IMG/VR virus record: IMGVR_UViG_3300009774_000008
Location: 553 to 64,552 of that record
From: a virus
Lineage: Duplodnaviria; Caudoviricetes
Direction: 5' to 3' (one strand)
Length of the DNA stretch: 64,000 bases
Under the pieces are notes generated by a model. It worked only from the letters and a program-made list of their open reading frames with translations, made no database searches and was not told the origin of the DNA. Position 1 is the stretch's first letter. Each line of letters opens with the position of its first letter. The position numbers were made by a program, and so were the translations under genes. Positions 10,268 to 20,508 of the stretch are shown here, piece by piece.

Positions 10268-11050
10268 TTAGAACACCTCGCCTTTAGTTCCTCTTGCTGA
10301 CCTGGAAGTTGCTCTCGAACTAGGTTGTTGAGAAGGCTCAGGAGTTGGTGTTCCTCGTCTAGTTGCTACACCAGAAGTTCCGGTTGTATTTGTACCTCTT
10401 GAAGTTCTCTGGTTGGCTGCAGGCGCAGCGGCGGCAACAGGTGCTCGCCTACCAGTAGTTTGACGAGTTTGTGGTGCTTGTTCTTCCTCATTTACAACTG
10501 GAAAATTACCAGTTTGTAGGAAAACTTCCATCTCCTCGAAAGATTTATCTAATATAAGGCCACCTAATAATTCTGGATATTCTACTTCATTTAGGTCTAC
10601 TGGTGCTATCCTATCCATTGGAAATGTCTCATATTTAGTTTCCTTGTCTCCAGCTACTCCATGCCTTTCAATTTCAAAAACATAATTAGATAGAGGAGAA
10701 TATCTATTGAACAAGCCTTGCAACTTGGACATAAAGTTCTTCCCTCTTTCCCATATCTTAACTTTACCATCATCATGCTGATACATAATGATAAATCTAA
10801 CTGGCTTAACTGGACTCCCTTGAGCACATAAAGGACAATCATCTATTGCTTGGTCGTAAGTTCTAAGACAGCTAACATATCTTTCCTTGTCACCTATCTT
10901 TTCTTTGTGGCAAGCATATACTTCTATGTCTTCGTACTTGTCGTGCATAAACTGGACACGAGCGATGTCACCATCATTCTTAAGCTGAAACCATTCACCA
11001 TTCAAACTGTTTTGATACTTGTCTGCGTCATTCGGGTCAATTCTTCCCAT
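10268..11050 (-). CDS. single-stranded DNA-binding protein (phage type)
   Basis: WFQLKNDGD, C..CPLC Zn site, KIWERG, disordered C-terminal tail; adjacent to the polymerase. Confidence 0.65.
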   Translation of the reverse strand: MGRIDPNDADKYQNSLNGEWFQLKNDGDIARVQFMHDKYEDIEVYACHKEKIGDKERYVSCLRTYDQAIDDCPLCAQGSPVKPVRFIIMYQHDDGKVKIWERGKNFMSKLQGLFNRYSPLSNYVFEIERHGVAGDKETKYETFPMDRIAPVDLNEVEYPELLGGLILDKSFEEMEVFLQTGNFPVVNEEEQAPQTRQTTGRRAPVAAAAPAANQRTSRGTNTTGTSGVATRRGTPTPEPSQQPSSRATSRSARGTKGEVF

Positions 11051-11087
11051 CTTTTAAGTCCTCCTAATTAATAGTATTTAATAGTTT

Positions 11088-11789
11088 TTACTTGCAGCCA
11101 TCTGCCCCACAGTGGCTAACTTGCTCATGCTTGGTACGACAAACTGCACTTCTCTTGGATATGTTTTGCCTGTCAATAACTGCCTTCTTCATTAGTCTCT
11201 TAACGAACGAGGTTGAACCACATAACTTTTTGAGCAAAGCAGCGGAAAATCCATCGTACTCATCAAACTGTTCGTTGTCTGAGCACTTTACAACTGTTTT
11301 AGTTTTATCATCCCATATTACTATAGTGGTTCTCCCATTGTAAATTACAGTTACAGGGTTAGGCATAATAAAATTATTTGCTTGGTTGGATGACGCCAAC
11401 TGCTTGTACAATTTTTGAGTAAGTAAATCATCTTCGTTAGTATACGACGCTATAAACTGCTTGTGCAAGTTTTGGGCGTATTCAACATCCTCTGTACGAC
11501 GACTAACAAACTGCTTGTACATTTCCGAGCCACAACCTAATGGCGAACAATTCAGCATTAAAGTCTTACCATTAGCTCTACCATTATTTAATGCTATTTG
11601 CTGTTCATATGGAGAACTCTGCTTATCCATGTTAGGTCTATATCTTCCTGCCACAAGCTGGTTATGAACATTATCTGATATTCTATCTCCTAACTTTTCT
11701 GCAGGATAACCTAAGTTACGAGCAGAAGTTACTATAGCATCTGTGATGCCCTCAATAACAGAATTAAGTGGGTATCCTCTAAATGACAT
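11088..11789 (-). CDS. hypothetical phage protein
   Basis: C-terminal VIYNGRTTIVIWDDKTKTVVKC domain recurrent in Firmicute phages. Confidence 0.55.
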   Translation of the reverse strand: MSFRGYPLNSVIEGITDAIVTSARNLGYPAEKLGDRISDNVHNQLVAGRYRPNMDKQSSPYEQQIALNNGRANGKTLMLNCSPLGCGSEMYKQFVSRRTEDVEYAQNLHKQFIASYTNEDDLLTQKLYKQLASSNQANNFIMPNPVTVIYNGRTTIVIWDDKTKTVVKCSDNEQFDEYDGFSAALLKKLCGSTSFVKRLMKKAVIDRQNISKRSAVCRTKHEQVSHCGADGCK

Positions 11790-12382
11790 TACACTACCTC
11801 CCTATAAAATAGTCCATCAGTGATAATTGTTTTCATTAAAGGCCATTGAGCTAATTCTGTGAATACAAATTTTGCTCGTAAGGCCCATCCCCACTCTTTT
11901 GGAAACATTTGAACGGCTCTTTTTAAATTAAGAGAGGTGAGTGAACTCGGATGGCACAAAACATTAAATCTCTTATTAGCATACGTGCATTCAAACACAT
12001 TTCTGCCATTGTATTTAATTACGTCGGAACGGTGTGCACCATCTACTGTGATATCCAAAGTACCTACTGACGTTTCTTTGACGAGTTCTATAAACTTATT
12101 TCTAAGAATTAACCCAATTCCAGCTTCTCCTGATAAACCACTGTCACTCTCAGGATTGACTGTCTTTTCAATAGATGGTTCTTCTTTTTTCTCGTCCTCT
12201 TCAATTTTAGGTTGCAATTGTTCTTGTGGCACAGATGTGTACCAACGCTGAAATGTGGATTGTGTTACTGTCTTAGCAACTCCGCTAGATTCAATAACAA
12301 CTGTTAATTCATCTTCTGAAATTACGATGCCAAGGGCTCCGTTACGCTTACAATATACTTCTTGGTTAATTACTGGTTTCAT
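11789..12382 (-). CDS. hypothetical protein
   Basis: 197 aa ORF with GGAAGGGG SD, downstream of a promoter motif. Confidence 0.6.
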   Translation of the reverse strand: MKPVINQEVYCKRNGALGIVISEDELTVVIESSGVAKTVTQSTFQRWYTSVPQEQLQPKIEEDEKKEEPSIEKTVNPESDSGLSGEAGIGLILRNKFIELVKETSVGTLDITVDGAHRSDVIKYNGRNVFECTYANKRFNVLCHPSSLTSLNLKRAVQMFPKEWGWALRAKFVFTELAQWPLMKTIITDGLFYREVV

Positions 12383-12437
12383 ACGTTTTCCCCTTCCATA
12401 GTTTTTAATAGTGACGCTACTGAGTACCGTCTATTAT

Positions 12438-12466
12438 ATTGTACTACATAATATAATAATTGTAAA
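12438..12466 (-). promoter_or_regulatory. sigmaA-type promoter with phage motif TATGTAGTACAAT
   Basis: TTTACA-17 nt-TACAAT on the minus strand; same 13-mer at 20509, 50649 and 62229. Confidence 0.7.
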
Positions 12467-12475
12467 GTAACTTCT

Positions 12476-13420
12476 TTAAAAATATTGTGGTAATTCTAAT
12501 ATTCTTGAATCCAAACTATTTAGGTCCTGACCTTCCGGAATGAGGTACTGAGTTACTATCTTGCAACTGCATAATTCTTTTCTTAGTTTCTCAGCTGCTC
12601 GTTGTCCGGCGGGGTCAGGGTCAGTTGCTATGATATACTTTCGAATTGGTAAACTTCTTAGTATCCTATATTGCTCTTCCGTTCCTGTTCCTATTAATGC
12701 TATGCCGGGCTTGTTAAACTTCCACCCAGTGAGGCAGTTTAGTATTGACTCCGATATTACAGCTTCGGAAAACTCACCGCTTGTAAATCTTTCACCACCG
12801 TAAACAGGCTTATGAGCTCCTTCTGGATAATGAAAAAACTTACTTTTAACACTCCTGCGAGCAATAAAAACGGGAGCCTTATTAACATCATACACAGGAA
12901 AAGTAATACACTCGCTCCCACTATCATATCCAACATCAAACATTTCAATAATTTCATTTGTTAACCCCCTCTTATACATATATGGATGATAATACCTGTA
13001 ACTGGCTAATTCAACTTCCGTGAAACCAGCTACAGGTTTAGCTACCCGTTTTGCACCACGCACAAGGTTGAGCTGCAGTGCTTTTCGTGTTTCAATACTA
13101 ACGGTAAGGAATGTTTTTGCAAGCCACTGACGGCCATATGCACCCTCATCGTCGTACCCAAAGATATTAGATATCATTTGGTCTAGTGTTCCGGCCCAAC
13201 CGCATGAAAAACAATGGCACTTCATATCTGTTTTAGAGATACCAAATGAGGGTTTTCTTTCTAATCCCTCGTGATGAAATGGGCAGGTTGTCATTATGTT
13301 GTGACCTGTAGGCCTAAATACTCTCATTATATTTAAGCCCGCTAAGTCACTCTGTCTTTTTAGTTCATACAATACAGTTTGTTCGTCCTCTATAATAGGA
13401 TTGCCGTTTACTGTAAACAC
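12476..13420 (-). CDS. dnaG: DNA primase (CHC2 zinc finger + TOPRIM)
   Basis: CPFHHE...CHCFSC; TOPRIM ATDPDPAG. Confidence 0.9.
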   Translation of the reverse strand: MFTVNGNPIIEDEQTVLYELKRQSDLAGLNIMRVFRPTGHNIMTTCPFHHEGLERKPSFGISKTDMKCHCFSCGWAGTLDQMISNIFGYDDEGAYGRQWLAKTFLTVSIETRKALQLNLVRGAKRVAKPVAGFTEVELASYRYYHPYMYKRGLTNEIIEMFDVGYDSGSECITFPVYDVNKAPVFIARRSVKSKFFHYPEGAHKPVYGGERFTSGEFSEAVISESILNCLTGWKFNKPGIALIGTGTEEQYRILRSLPIRKYIIATDPDPAGQRAAEKLRKELCSCKIVTQYLIPEGQDLNSLDSRILELPQYF

Positions 13421-13423
13421 AGT

Positions 13424-14695
13424 TTAAAACACCTCCCTACCATTTGTAAATTCTTTCTTCACATTCTTAATATCTTGGGTTGTGTCTCTGTTATCCTCTT
13501 CATTTGGTATGTATTTAAACACACCGAAGTCAATATCCCATAAATATAGAATACTATCTCCACTCTTACCATTTCTGTTTTTCCTAACGATAAGTTCAAT
13601 ACCAGGACCCTTTTGCTTAGCAGCAATTACAGTTGAAGCGTTATAAGCAATACCATCGGAGTCTCTAATATTCTCTAACTCGGGTGCTCCGCCATCTTCT
13701 TTTGCTCCTTCTCTGTTTGACTGGCACACCACTATAATAGGTATCTTCAATTCAATGCTAAGCTCCATCAAATCCTCTGATATATTAGTAAGAGCGGTTG
13801 TTCTGTTATCTCCTCTTTCTTTTCGTTCATCCTTAAGATAACTTATTCCGTCTACCCCTAAAATATCTATCTTGTTACACTCCACAAAAGCTCTCAGTTT
13901 AGATACTGTTATCTTTCTCTTGAAGTCTTTAGGACTAGCTACAAAGAAAGGAACTTCACTCTTTGTTAGAGATTGAATATAGTCTGAGTAGTCCTCAATT
14001 TCCTCACCCCTAGTTAAACCAGAGTTCTTAATGTTAGCGTGCAGAGTATCAAATCTATACCCTGTTTTATTAGCCGACATTTCAGGTTCAACTAATCCAA
14101 CTCTCTTATTGCACTTCCAAGCATGTTCCAGTGTCTTAATTAACAACCAGGATTTTCCTTGACCCGTACGAGCAAAGATTACCCCAAATTCTTCTCCCAT
14201 TTGCCACCCACCTGTCATTTCATCAATTTCCTTGAAACCAGTAGGTATGGAAAACTTTTCGGGGTTCTTCTTTCTAGCATTCCATTCATCTAATCTTTCA
14301 GGAGCACCAGAAATGATGTCTTTACCTGTAAGAGAACTCTTTTGGGTTAACATTGCTAGTTGAGATTGTAAATACTCCACAGCAGCTCCCGCATCTGTTT
14401 GTATTATTTCAGCTAACTTATTAATTACCGGAACAGTTAGAGAATACAAATGCTCCTCGTTAAAAGTATCTATTAAGTATTTATCCGACTCAGCTACCTC
14501 AACCATCGTAAAATTCGGAAACTTAGATATAAAGGTTTCTTTATCTGGGATGTTACCGTACTCCTTTAAGTGGTTCGAAATGAATGTATACTCATCTTGG
14601 TATGTAATAAAGTATTCCTCTGTAATTCCATTCAAAGTGAGTAAGCTAATATTCCTTTGTTTGAGTACTCGAGATAAAATTTGAAGCTCAACCAT
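13424..14695 (-). CDS. dnaB: DnaB-like replicative helicase
   Basis: IPTGFKEID, ARTGQGKS, EM, QSNRE, DSDGIAYNA, KNRNG. Confidence 0.9.
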   Translation of the reverse strand: MVELQILSRVLKQRNISLLTLNGITEEYFITYQDEYTFISNHLKEYGNIPDKETFISKFPNFTMVEVAESDKYLIDTFNEEHLYSLTVPVINKLAEIIQTDAGAAVEYLQSQLAMLTQKSSLTGKDIISGAPERLDEWNARKKNPEKFSIPTGFKEIDEMTGGWQMGEEFGVIFARTGQGKSWLLIKTLEHAWKCNKRVGLVEPEMSANKTGYRFDTLHANIKNSGLTRGEEIEDYSDYIQSLTKSEVPFFVASPKDFKRKITVSKLRAFVECNKIDILGVDGISYLKDERKERGDNRTTALTNISEDLMELSIELKIPIIVVCQSNREGAKEDGGAPELENIRDSDGIAYNASTVIAAKQKGPGIELIVRKNRNGKSGDSILYLWDIDFGVFKYIPNEEDNRDTTQDIKNVKKEFTNGREVF

Positions 14696-15359
14696 TTCTC
14701 AACCCCCTCTTGTCATTGTCAGAAAACTGAATTACTTCACTTGTATTCCAAATCCTACTAGCTAGCCTACCGCCTAAATATTCTGCCATTAGCTCATATT
14801 CAGTGTTTCCTGTGAATATATTTGATTTGTTAGCGAGCATTCTAGCGTCTATATAATTAAGTAGCATGGAGTAATTGAAGTCCGTCAATTTGGTTGATGT
14901 AATATCATCCCATATAACTACATCACAAGTAATTAAATCTTCCCTGAGTGTTATGAATTCACTGTCGCGGTTGTTGATAACTGCACGATTTCTGTCCAGG
15001 AATTCAGGAACTGACAAGAATATACCTCTTCTACGAAAACCATTACCCGCCCATATTTCGTTGAAGTATGCCAGCATTAGCTTTATAGCCCAGCTTGTCT
15101 TCCCGTTTCCAAAATTAGAGGAATACAAGTATAAGTTCTGGCCCTCCTTTACCCAAGTTTCTATATCCGTCTTAATATCCTTCAACTGCCTAAATTGATT
15201 AAGGTCAGCTCCAGGAACAAGAACCTGAGGGTACCATTTAGATTTAGGAATGTTAGACGATTCCAATAAATATTTCATCTCTACAAATCTAATACAAGAG
15301 CTGCTACAAACATTGGTGCATTGCTCATGATACCAACACTCATCAATTTGTAATTCCAT
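14688..15359 (-). CDS. DnaC/IstB-like helicase loader ATPase
   Basis: GNGKT Walker A, VIWDDI Walker B, RLASRI. Confidence 0.85.
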   Translation of the reverse strand: MELQIDECWYHEQCTNVCSSSCIRFVEMKYLLESSNIPKSKWYPQVLVPGADLNQFRQLKDIKTDIETWVKEGQNLYLYSSNFGNGKTSWAIKLMLAYFNEIWAGNGFRRRGIFLSVPEFLDRNRAVINNRDSEFITLREDLITCDVVIWDDITSTKLTDFNYSMLLNYIDARMLANKSNIFTGNTEYELMAEYLGGRLASRIWNTSEVIQFSDNDKRGLRNG

Positions 15360-16208
15360 CTAAAACACCTCTTGTCTTTCGTAGTTTTTGTATCTTGTAT
15401 CTTTACTTGGGTCTTTAAATTGGTTTGAACTAGACTTAGCTGTGTCAAATGACTGGTTACCCTTTTTACCCGAATCATCAGCTGCGTAATCAAGTGACTT
15501 CCAACCTCTGGTAATTGTATTTTTAATTACTTCCTTCTTTTTACTATCTGACGATATTTTGCTTATCTTTTCTAACTGTGACCTAATTGAAATATCTTGT
15601 AGGAATGAATTCATATCTGCCAGCATGTTGAGAAATTGCATGAGTAATTCGTAAACATCTTTATCGAAACTAAATTCTTCTAAAACAGTTATCTTTTCAG
15701 TTAGCCATTTGTCTCTTTTCTTTTGTCCAGCTATATCTTTTCTCGGAGTACTAAATAATTTAGAATCTTGTTTAGACTCGGACGAACTTGTTTTACCCTG
15801 TTTTTGTGTATTATTAGTTGTATTATTAACTGTATTATTATACTTGAAGTTTTCTTCTAGAGGGTCTTGAAGTTTTCTTCTAGAGGGTATAGAAGTTTTC
15901 TTCAAGGGGGGTGTAGAACCGATTTCCGGGTAAACACCGTATTTTAGTCTCGAAGAAAGTACCCGAGTAACACCATCAAAGCTGACTTGTTCAACATACC
16001 CTAACTTTTTCAGAGTAGCAATTAAGTCACTTATTCGTGTAGTTGACACACCCATAAATTGTGCAAAATATCCATTGGAGGCAAAACACTGTCCATTCCT
16101 ACTTAACGAATCAATTTCTACTAATAAAATCTTTTCATTTAGGCTTAGATTTTCAGCTAACCATATTTCTTTTGGTATCCAAATACCCTTAAAATCTCTA
16201 TTTTCCAT
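15360..16208 (-). CDS. replication initiator (N-terminal winged HTH)
   Basis: FKGIWIPKEIW...CFASNGYFA...LKKLGY; internal iterons; precedes loader, helicase and primase. Confidence 0.8.
   Translation of the reverse strand: MENRDFKGIWIPKEIWLAENLSLNEKILLVEIDSLSRNGQCFASNGYFAQFMGVSTTRISDLIATLKKLGYVEQVSFDGVTRVLSSRLKYGVYPEIGSTPPLKKTSIPSRRKLQDPLEENFKYNNTVNNTTNNTQKQGKTSSSESKQDSKLFSTPRKDIAGQKKRDKWLTEKITVLEEFSFDKDVYELLMQFLNMLADMNSFLQDISIRSQLEKISKISSDSKKKEVIKNTITRGWKSLDYAADDSGKKGNQSFDTAKSSSNQFKDPSKDTRYKNYERQEVF
15843..15910. repeat. iterons (3 x 23 bp period), probable replication origin
   Basis: CTTGAAGTTTTCTTCTAGAGGGT twice exactly (15843, 15866) plus a degenerate third copy, next to an AT-rich tract inside the initiator gene. 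Confidence 0.7.
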
Positions 16209-16268
16209 ATCTAATATTCCCCCACAAACTAAAAATAACCCATTACCATTATCTTGTTTTTAGTAAAA

Positions 16269-16317
16269 ACTTGCCGGAAAATTGAACGGTTAACCCATTA
16301 AAAACTTTCCAGCAAGT
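16269..16317 (-). terminator. hairpin with U tract upstream of the initiator (terminator/attenuator)
   Basis: ACUUGCUGGAAA...UUUCCGGCAAGU followed by Us on the minus strand. Confidence 0.45.
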
Positions 16318-16353
16318 GTAGCTTACTATATTATTTAGTTATATACAATAGGT

Positions 16354-16941
16354 TTACTTCGTCTGTAAATAGTCCATCGTAGCTTCAACTTGGTCATCAA
16401 CTGTTTCATTTACATCGGCCCACAATTGCTTCTTCTCAAGTTCAATATTACAATCAGGTGTAACTGTTCTTTCCTCTGCATAAGCAAACTTGTACCAGTG
16501 TGTCAACCCTTTCTTGTCCTTGAGTTCAACACTAACACCGGAGTCCGCCCTAATTAAGGTTGTAACTGCTTTGGGTATGTAGTTACCCTCATCTTGTGGT
16601 TCGGCATCAGCTGCAGTATTCTGCGTGGTTTCCGGCGTAGTCTCAACAGGTTTACTTGCTGCTGGTTTACTAGCAACTGGTTTACTTGCTGCAGGCTTTG
16701 CTTTCTCTACTATTTTTTCAATCACTTCTGGTTTTTCAATTTCTTTCTCTTCAATTACTTCTTCAGTAGCGGCATACCCGCCACATTCAGTAGCTTCAAA
16801 CTTCTTACCGTCTACCTCTATTTGAGTGCCGTTGCAAACCACACAAAATTCATCTGCTTCGTCTCCTGCAAACTGGCATACTCTTACTTGAGGTTTAACT
16901 TTGGCTGCAACTTCTGGTGCTGTTTCTCTCTTGATTCTCAT
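16354..16941 (-). CDS. hypothetical protein with low-complexity KPxAS linker
   Basis: 195 aa; 15-bp tandem coding repeat. Confidence 0.65.
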   Translation of the reverse strand: MRIKRETAPEVAAKVKPQVRVCQFAGDEADEFCVVCNGTQIEVDGKKFEATECGGYAATEEVIEEKEIEKPEVIEKIVEKAKPAASKPVASKPAASKPVETTPETTQNTAADAEPQDEGNYIPKAVTTLIRADSGVSVELKDKKGLTHWYKFAYAEERTVTPDCNIELEKKQLWADVNETVDDQVEATMDYLQTK

Positions 16942-17270
16942 GGTATTTTAATCCCCTTTAGTTTTATTATGGCATACGCCATTATCATTGAATAATTTGC
17001 TAAGTCAAACAGAGTGTCCTCTAACTTTTCCTCCGGTACTGTGTTCTCGGTACCATATATTAAGGATTCAACCCTGTTAAACTTATCAGCTAGGCGCCAT
17101 ACGGCGGACTCTAGCCCATATCTTTGAACACCCTTTATAGCACTATTACCGTATGGTGGATTCTTTGCTACAAACAAGGCTATAGACTGTTCTAAACGTG
17201 TTCGCATAAATTCTGCACATTCTGTAGTGTCAACAATTGATTCATCTAAATCATCTTTAACCGTAGCCAC
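16938..17270 (-). CDS. DUF1599 / nucleotide modification associated domain 1 protein
   Basis: KNPPYGNS, RLADKFNR, EDTLFDLANYSMI. Confidence 0.75.
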   Translation of the reverse strand: MATVKDDLDESIVDTTECAEFMRTRLEQSIALFVAKNPPYGNSAIKGVQRYGLESAVWRLADKFNRVESLIYGTENTVPEEKLEDTLFDLANYSMIMAYAIIKLKGIKIP

Positions 17271-17293
17271 TATTTTGACCCCCTAAAAATCAT

Positions 17294-17713
17294 TTATTTC
17301 TTTGTAGCTATTCGTAAAGTAATAGTAGGTTCTTTTTGAACTCTACAAGGGCTAAGAACAGCCGCGTCCAATTCTTTATTGAATACTGCTTTCTCTAGAG
17401 CATCTGAATCTAAATATTCACGAGTCTTTACGATGCTTCCAAATTTAGCTCGTGGCATTGTTTTCCTTAGTATCTCGATTGCCTGCTCTTCATTAAAGTC
17501 CTCACGAGCAGTCTCAGTGCAAGTGGCTTTAATATTACCCACTATAAACTCTGTCAACTTGCCCGAAAGCATCTCGGTCTTAATTCTCTTGTTATAGTCA
17601 TCTACAACCTTTTTAATATCATCTCCAACTTTTTTCTGTTCTACATAACTTGTAATCATAGAACCTAATGTTTCTGTAGGTGCTTGGTCAATGCTTCTTC
17701 TTGTTCCTTTCAT
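17294..17713 (-). CDS. hypothetical protein
   Basis: 139 aa ORF in operon with SD. Confidence 0.6.
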   Translation of the reverse strand: MKGTRRSIDQAPTETLGSMITSYVEQKKVGDDIKKVVDDYNKRIKTEMLSGKLTEFIVGNIKATCTETAREDFNEEQAIEILRKTMPRAKFGSIVKTREYLDSDALEKAVFNKELDAAVLSPCRVQKEPTITLRIATKK

Positions 17714-17727
17714 AATTAACGCCCCCC

Positions 17728-18084
17728 TTATCTTATTTTTCCTTTAACTTCGTCTGAAGATATACCTTTCCTGCTTAGTACTGCCTCACCTCTTTTCCCC
17801 CACTGATATGCAGCGTTAAATTCTGCCATACTTCCTTTGTGAGTAGTTTGTAAATTATTTTTAAACTCCTTCAAATAAGGTATATCTTTCTTTTTAAAGA
17901 ATTTCGTACGCCTTCTGTCCTTAAAATAGTACTCCGGCAGGAAGAGGTCTTTCGGTTTTTCAAACTCCGGACTATCCCACCATTTATACCATCTAGCTAT
18001 GGTGTGGTCTGATACATCAATTGACATTGCAACTTTATTGATGCTCAAATACTCTGGATTTAATTCTTTACTGTTAGCTTTCAC
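17728..18084 (-). CDS. HTH DNA-binding protein (MerR/excisionase-like)
   Basis: LSINKVAMSIDVSDHTIARWY helix-turn-helix pattern. Confidence 0.55.
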   Translation of the reverse strand: MKANSKELNPEYLSINKVAMSIDVSDHTIARWYKWWDSPEFEKPKDLFLPEYYFKDRRRTKFFKKKDIPYLKEFKNNLQTTHKGSMAEFNAAYQWGKRGEAVLSRKGISSDEVKGKIR

Positions 18085-18740
18085 TCTATCACCTCATCTA
18101 TTTTAGTAATTTTTCCCTCTAAATCTGAATATGAAACGTCGCCTGCTTTGCGACTTAAAGAGCTAATTTTAATTCCATCCACTATGAACTCAACTATATT
18201 TCCGTTTTTGTTCATATACCTATGCGTTGAGTCTGTATGCCGGTCTGATTTTATATCACCGACAACTGCATTAATAGACTTTCCTGAATCTAATGTAATT
18301 AGTAGATTCTTTCCACACTCTTTCGCATAGTATGTACCCACGGCTACCATATACTTATCTTCATACACTCGGAATCCTTCAGTATTGGTATGGGCTAACA
18401 GTTGCATTCTATATTGTTTTGAGCCCTTATTGGTAATTTTACGGTAGTCCATCCAAGTTTTAAATTTTCCCGATATACCTTTGGGAATAGTAAGACCGAC
18501 TAATTTGGGCTCGACCTCAATTAATTTAGCAACCGGCACAACTTTTTCCTCCTCGATTTTAATTCCTCTACTTACTTCAACTTTTTTAGGTTTTGGTATA
18601 ACAATTACTATTGGTTTTACTGCTTGTACAACTTTAAAAGTTTCTATTGGTTCTTTCCTCGGTGTAACTAGCACTATTGAAAGCAGTAATAAGCTACACA
18701 ATGCTACTTTCAATTGACTGGAATAATCCATGTATTTCAA
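18081..18740 (-). CDS. membrane-anchored cell-wall-associated protein (3D/transglycosylase-like)
   Basis: N-terminal hydrophobic anchor, VSRG motif, FKTWMDY...VGDIK...IVEFIVD. Confidence 0.5.
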   Translation of the reverse strand: MKYMDYSSQLKVALCSLLLLSIVLVTPRKEPIETFKVVQAVKPIVIVIPKPKKVEVSRGIKIEEEKVVPVAKLIEVEPKLVGLTIPKGISGKFKTWMDYRKITNKGSKQYRMQLLAHTNTEGFRVYEDKYMVAVGTYYAKECGKNLLITLDSGKSINAVVGDIKSDRHTDSTHRYMNKNGNIVEFIVDGIKISSLSRKAGDVSYSDLEGKITKIDEVIE

Positions 18741-18756
18741 ATCTAATCCTCCTGTA

Positions 18757-20478
18757 TTAACTTAATAGGTAGTCTACAAAAGCAGACCTATTAGTTACTT
18801 CAAATTTACCATCTATAATTCTATCGGCCATTTCTCCTTTCTTGTAAACAAGGTCTAGTATTCTTTCATCTATAGTGTCCTTGCATACTATCGTAATTAC
18901 TCGAACAGTACCTTTAGTACCGATACGATGTGCTCTATCCTCTGCTTGGTCTTTAAGAGCTCTATTCCAAGGGTCGTCTAAAAATATTACATTCGATGCT
19001 GCTGTTAATGTTAATCCAGTACCCATAGCACCGATAGTTCCGATTATTACTTTACAAGTAGAGTCGTTCTGAAATTTAGACACCTCGCCCATTCTGCTTG
19101 CGGACTCAACATCGCCAGTAATATATGCAGGATTGTATTTCTTTAATCTCTCTTTTACAACCGATGTTATTTGTTCCCATTGGCTATATACTAAACATTT
19201 TTGATTCTGTTCAACCATTTCTTCAACCAATTCTTCCATCCTATCAAGTTTGGCTGACTCTGATACTTTAGAGCTTAGAATACTCGGGCAACCCGTTGCT
19301 TGTCTAAGTCTAATCATCTGAGCTAATGGGTTGCTACTAATTTTTAATTTGTCGATGCTGGACTTAATCACTGCTTTTACTTCATCATATACAGTTGCTT
19401 GACCTTTTGCCATGTCCACATATTCCACAGTGTGAACCTTAGGAGGTAAATCCAAAACTTCTGATTTAACTCGTCTAAGCATTACCTTGGTAAGTATATC
19501 TCTAATTTCATCTAAGTTTTTGTAGCCTATAATTTCTTGGTTATTAAATCCACCCATTTTGCAATAATGTTGTTTGTATTCGTAAAAACTATGTGTTTCA
19601 TAACCGGACCACTTTAGCGGAACATATAAATCTAACGGATTATTCATCATAAATGTGCCAGACATTGGAATCATGTATTCGCATTGAATCGAAAGTAAAG
19701 CCTTTCCTTGCTGTGATGTAGGATTCTTTGCTTTGTGGGCTTCGTCGAAAGCTATCATTCCTATCTGCTTACGGTCGCATAATTCTTTTATCTTATCAGC
19801 TATTGGGTATATTGTTTTATTGCCCTTCTTAGTGGGCATTGCTCTTAGCGTCTCTATATTAGTTATTATGAAAAACGAGTCCGGCAAGTTGTTAAGGTCG
19901 TCTAATTTATCTTTCGAGTTTCCTTCTACTACTTTTATAGGATGTCTTTTTGTGAATCGAGTTCCAAGTACCCAAGAACTTTCGTTGCTATGAATCTTTA
20001 TTTCTTCTTGCCAGTTGTACTTTACACTATTAACTCCACAAATGATAAGACAATGCTTCATACCAAGTGTGCCTTTTCTAGTTACAGCTAAGTCAATTAT
20101 CTGTTTTGTTTTCCCGAGACCTTGGTCGTCTCCAAGTAGAAATGTTGGATTATTTAGTCCGTATAGTACACCCTCAATTTGGTGGTTATATGGGGTTGTC
20201 TTAAACTTAAAATTTGAAGGTAACTGTGTGTTAACTTCTACCTTAGGAACCATTTCGCCTGTAAGCTCAATGTCGTACCCCGTGAGTTTGTTACACAATG
20301 TAGCAATAGATGTAATGGGTATTTCCCACATCTTCTTTTCCGGAATATAAGTCCTAGTAGCTAACGACTGAATGTAACTCACTATCAATGAGTCATAATC
20401 AAAAGACACAAAACCCGACTGGGGTGCTAACACACTTGGTTTCAGTTTTACGGGCTTTCCAATTAAAATCTTAATCAT
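18757..20478 (-). CDS. SNF2-family (DEAH) helicase
   Basis: GDDQGLGKT, DEAH, SGT, GTGLTLT, QAEDRAHRIG. Confidence 0.92.
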   Translation of the reverse strand: MIKILIGKPVKLKPSVLAPQSGFVSFDYDSLIVSYIQSLATRTYIPEKKMWEIPITSIATLCNKLTGYDIELTGEMVPKVEVNTQLPSNFKFKTTPYNHQIEGVLYGLNNPTFLLGDDQGLGKTKQIIDLAVTRKGTLGMKHCLIICGVNSVKYNWQEEIKIHSNESSWVLGTRFTKRHPIKVVEGNSKDKLDDLNNLPDSFFIITNIETLRAMPTKKGNKTIYPIADKIKELCDRKQIGMIAFDEAHKAKNPTSQQGKALLSIQCEYMIPMSGTFMMNNPLDLYVPLKWSGYETHSFYEYKQHYCKMGGFNNQEIIGYKNLDEIRDILTKVMLRRVKSEVLDLPPKVHTVEYVDMAKGQATVYDEVKAVIKSSIDKLKISSNPLAQMIRLRQATGCPSILSSKVSESAKLDRMEELVEEMVEQNQKCLVYSQWEQITSVVKERLKKYNPAYITGDVESASRMGEVSKFQNDSTCKVIIGTIGAMGTGLTLTAASNVIFLDDPWNRALKDQAEDRAHRIGTKGTVRVITIVCKDTIDERILDLVYKKGEMADRIIDGKFEVTNRSAFVDYLLS

Positions 20479-20508
20479 TTGCTTTGTCCCCTTCCTTGCA
20501 TTATTTAT

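Noticed and set aside
16649-16700. 15-bp tandem repeat
   Set aside because: In-frame KPxAS linker expansion; ordinary low-complexity coding repeat
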